Shown here: positions 61,009 to 64,000 of the stretch, piece by piece | How positions within the stretch are numbered: the first letter of the stretch is position 1 | Layout: each line of letters starts with the position of its first letter | NCBI GenBank assembly: GCA_002269645.1 | Contig: NIVC01000392.1 | Span: 372,001 to 436,000 of the forward strand | DNA: 64,000 bases | Origin: Macrostomum lignano | Taxonomy: Eukaryota | Direction of reading: 5' to 3' | Program-made: the position numbers and the translations under genes | Notes under the pieces: model-generated | Database searches by the model: none | What the model was told of the DNA's origin: nothing | The model's input: the letters and a program-made list of their open reading frames with translations, nothing else

Positions 61009-61716
61009 TCAGTACTTCTTGACGAACTTGGCCCAGCTCGGGTCGGTCTCGATGGCGTCGCCGACGCTCGAGTCAGCGAAGTCCAGCATGCGGCAGGCGC
61101 CGCTGGCCCGGTTGAACAGGACGGCCCGGCACTCCCAGCGCTGCACGCAGAGCCACAGGCAGTGAAGCTCCGAGCTCACCGAGGCGTCAGTGTAGCAGTA
61201 GACAGGACTGATGTTGCCCAGCCTCAGGAACTCCGCTCGCTCCAGGTACTTGCTGTTCGGCGTCGCGATCGGCTGGCAGACGAATTTTTTGTCATGTTTC
61301 CCGGGTCTGTCTCGCAAGCCAGCTTTGCTGACCACTACAAAGTCATCGTCTTCCGTGTGGTTGTTCGGCAAGCCAGACACCCAGTCGCTGCCATCCAAAA
61401 TCGGAAACAGCGAGCCGTTGGCGAATCTCCAGCCGCTGCGAGACCTGCCCGCCTCAACCAGGAGGTCCGTCACTCCGATGAAGTAAAAATCAATCCAGTG
61501 ATTGACGGCTCGGATGGCAGTCAGGTCCATCAGCAGCTCTCCGCCGATGCCCAGGCACAGTCTGGCTGCGTCGCACCAGCTGGAAACGCTGGTGTTGTCG
61601 CCGATGTAGACGCAGCTGCCCAGCCTGTCGATGAACGGAGCGACGCAGGCGCCAGAGACAAGGGCAGTCAGTCCGGCAGCCAGGAAGCTCAGCTGGGCAA
61701 GTCGTCTTGCTGCCAT
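61009..61716 (-). CDS. Secreted C-type-lectin-like + PAN/apple domain protein, copy B (235 aa, single exon)
   Basis: Paralogue of 58863-59567; intact ORF with signal peptide; CCAAT-type boxes upstream near 61831 and 61874. Confidence 0.87.
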   Translation of the reverse strand: MAARRLAQLSFLAAGLTALVSGACVAPFIDRLGSCVYIGDNTSVSSWCDAARLCLGIGGELLMDLTAIRAVNHWIDFYFIGVTDLLVEAGRSRSGWRFANGSLFPILDGSDWVSGLPNNHTEDDDFVVVSKAGLRDRPGKHDKKFVCQPIATPNSKYLERAEFLRLGNISPVYCYTDASVSSELHCLWLCVQRWECRAVLFNRASGACRMLDFADSSVGDAIETDPSWAKFVKKY

Positions 61717-61997
61717 TGTGCGTCAGTTCAAATATTTTAGTCAGGTAGAGTTGTTATTTAACCAAGAAATTTCTATTGCACGATTATACAATTTATCCTT
61801 ACAATGGGACCGAAAAAATGGATGCGTTGAACCAATGAAAGAAAACGTACAATTGCAGGCTGGTTGCAGCTGATTGGTTGCTGCAGCCTGATGTGAAGTG
61901 TAAGTGAGCTCACTCATTATCTCGTACTGCTAAATGATTTGGTTGAGTCGTTAAGGGAATGCTATGCACGTGATTTGTTAGATGTGCATGCGTGAGA

Positions 61998-62155
61998 GTT
62001 GCAGTCCAGTGGTCAGAGCGTCTTACACACGATGGAAAGGTCAGGGGTTCGATTCTCGTCGCACTCGGAACAATTTGCGTCCTTGAGAAAAGCACTTAAC
62101 TCGGCATTGCTTCAGTTCACCCAGCTGTAAAATGGGGTCAGATGTGCCGCGCAAT
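61998..62155 (+). mobile_element. 3'-truncated CORE-like SINE
   Basis: A box CAGTCCAGTGGTC, B box GGTTCGATTC, core GTCCTTGAGAAAAGCACTTAAC...TTCAGTTCACCCAGCTGTAAAATGGGG. Confidence 0.83.
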
Positions 62156-62879
62156 CGACTGCCCTGATGATTGAAAGATTTTTTAAAGTAGCGTTTAGTT
62201 ACCAAGGCAAGGTTCTAAATACAGTAGAGGCACCTAGTAGACAAAAAACACAAAGAAACCGTTAATAATGTTTTAATAAAAATTCACTTGCTACAGTATT
62301 TTCAGTAGCATCGAAGATTTTATTGTCGAAATCCTGCGGCGCTGAGACGAAGCAAATAGCGCTGAGGCAATTCTGTCCGTTCCACTGACTCCTGAGCATA
62401 CAAGCGCGCCAATACTGTACCACAGGCACAGCACTCACACACACGCTCACACGGGGTGTACAGCGACACTGACCTTCTAATCGTCAGGCATGTGCACTCT
62501 CAGTGCCTTGAGGGTTGGCCCTCATATCTGTGAGTATGTGACAGTATGTAACAGCGAGAGTCAGAAGCGTTCACAGCTGGGCTGCCCTGCCCCTTAAAAA
62601 TGGGTATCGATGCTAATGGCTTGATTGTTTAAACAAATGAGCTCTGTATCCAACCCACACGGAATCATTTCTGCCTCCCAACACAGGCCCGAGGACTGCG
62701 CAACCAATGAAACCCGATATGCAGATCCCACACTGGCATCTAGGAGCCAGTAAGAGTCCCTCACTATAAGCAGGGTACGCTCTTCCATCATTGGCAAAAG
62801 ATTTAAAATAAATGCAGTCCTTTTACTTTGCTGTTTCTAACTGCACCTGCATGAAGGCTAGAAAACAAATTTCGGAATA

Positions 62880-63569
62880 ATGATTCAGCCGGCTCTGGTT
62901 GCAGTGCTGATTACCACCGCCTCCGGTCACTGCGTCGCTCCCTTTATCGACAGGCTGGGCAGCTGCGTCTTCATCGGCGACAATCCCAGCGTTTCCAGCT
63001 GGTGCGACGCAGCCAGACTGTGCCTGGGCATCGGCGGAGAGCTGCTGATGGACCTGACTGCCATCCGAGCTGTCAATCACTGGAATGATACTTACTTCAT
63101 CGGAGTGACGGACCTCCTGGTTGAGGCGGGCAGGTCTCGCAGCGGCTGGAGATTCGCCAACGGCTCGCTGTTCCCGACTTTAGATGACAGCGACTGGAAA
63201 AGTGGGTTGCCGAACCGCCTAACGGAAGACGATGACTTTGTAGCTGTCAGCAAAGCTGGCTTGCGAGACAGAGCACCGCATTCGTACAAAACATTCGTCT
63301 GCCAGCCAATCGCGACGCCGAACAGCAAGTACCTGGAGCGAGCGGAGTTCCTGAGGCTGGGCAACATCAGTCCTGTCTACTGCTACACTGACGCCTCGGT
63401 GAGCTCGGAGCTTCACTGCCTGTGGCTCTGCGTGCAGCGCTGGGAGTGCCGGGCCGTCCTGTTCAACCGGGCCAGCGGCGCCTGCCGCATGCTGGACTTC
63501 GCTGACTCGAGCGTCGGCGACGCCATCGAGAAAGACCCGAGCTGGGCCAAGTTCGTCAAGAAGTACTGA
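62880..63569 (+). CDS. Secreted C-type-lectin-like + PAN/apple domain protein, copy C (229 aa, single exon)
   Basis: Paralogue of copies A and B; intact ORF with a different, shorter signal peptide. Confidence 0.87.
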   Translation: MIQPALVAVLITTASGHCVAPFIDRLGSCVFIGDNPSVSSWCDAARLCLGIGGELLMDLTAIRAVNHWNDTYFIGVTDLLVEAGRSRSGWRFANGSLFPTLDDSDWKSGLPNRLTEDDDFVAVSKAGLRDRAPHSYKTFVCQPIATPNSKYLERAEFLRLGNISPVYCYTDASVSSELHCLWLCVQRWECRAVLFNRASGACRMLDFADSSVGDAIEKDPSWAKFVKKY

Positions 63570-64000
63570 AAACTTTCAAGATAAAAATATGACCTTTTGG
63601 ATCACAGAGTTAAAAACTCAAAATGAGTACATGCATGTTTGTTAAAGAATGCCTTCAGTGGCTGTTGAAATCAGCTTCGTGCAGTAGGAGACCGATAGGG
63701 CTGATTGGTCTTGATTTTGATTTGCGTACAAGCTAATTATCCATGCAATAGTCAATACCATATTTGAGTCTGTTGCCACAGGCCTTAATGTAAAGAGGTG
63801 GGGGGTGTTGGTAGCTTGGGCGTTCATAGCAGTTTATTAAGGCTTTAATTCTGTATGCGCACATGAGCACACTTTTAGGCCAGCCTACAGGTAGGGTTGT
63901 TCGGGATGTCCATTTTTTCGGGGTTGGGGGTTAATTCCGATCCCGAACATCATTCGAGAACCCCTAAACCCGTCTCTCTTCCAAACCCGAACTCATGCAG

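Noticed and set aside
61162-61740. 192-aa plus-strand ORF and similar short ORFs antisense to the lectin genes
   Set aside because: Shadows of the GC3-rich lectin coding strand, repeated only because the genes are paralogous.
63890-64000. 10-bp inverted repeat (TGTTCGGGAT/ATCCCGAACA) after TAGGG, possibly a transposon end
   Set aside because: Cut off by the window edge; the other terminus and a TSD cannot be assessed.

Overview
Eukaryotic (invertebrate) genomic DNA. GC3-rich exons, poly-Ala/poly-Gln tracts and very dense intronic minisatellites suggest a free-living flatworm such as Macrostomum; this is inference, not a database result. Supported genes: a DEG/ENaC channel (- strand, large first exon, 3' part unresolved), an intronless GT32 (DXD) glycosyltransferase with a 52-aa truncated paralogue upstream, a TFIIIA (GTF3A)-like zinc-finger gene with only six fingers, TBC1D31/WDR67 (-), PCIF1/CAPAM (+, 7 exons, 700 aa, intact NPPF), an acid sphingomyelinase (+, 12 exons, 574 aa) and three intronless secreted C-type-lectin-like + PAN/apple paralogues in alternating orientation. 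Mobile DNA: two hAT-type MITE families with 8-bp TSDs, a Mutator-type MITE with a 9-bp TSD, a 47-bp TIR element with an 8-bp TSD, four tRNA-headed CORE-like SINEs, and decayed RTE-type LINE, Tc1/mariner and probable gypsy fragments. Strongest observations: (1) the TFIIIA-like protein matches fingers 4-9 and appears to lack the DNA-binding fingers 1-3; (2) the lectin-PAN trio has long nucleotide-identical tracts broken by three hypervariable patches, and similarity stops at the coding boundaries; (3) a ~7.8-kb CpG-depleted domain whose LINE shows repeated G>A changes that create TpA (RIP-like); (4) almost every large intron holds its own private minisatellite, two of them arrays of decoy splice sites. 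Exon boundaries and counts were derived by hand, and protein family calls rest on remembered motifs, not searches.
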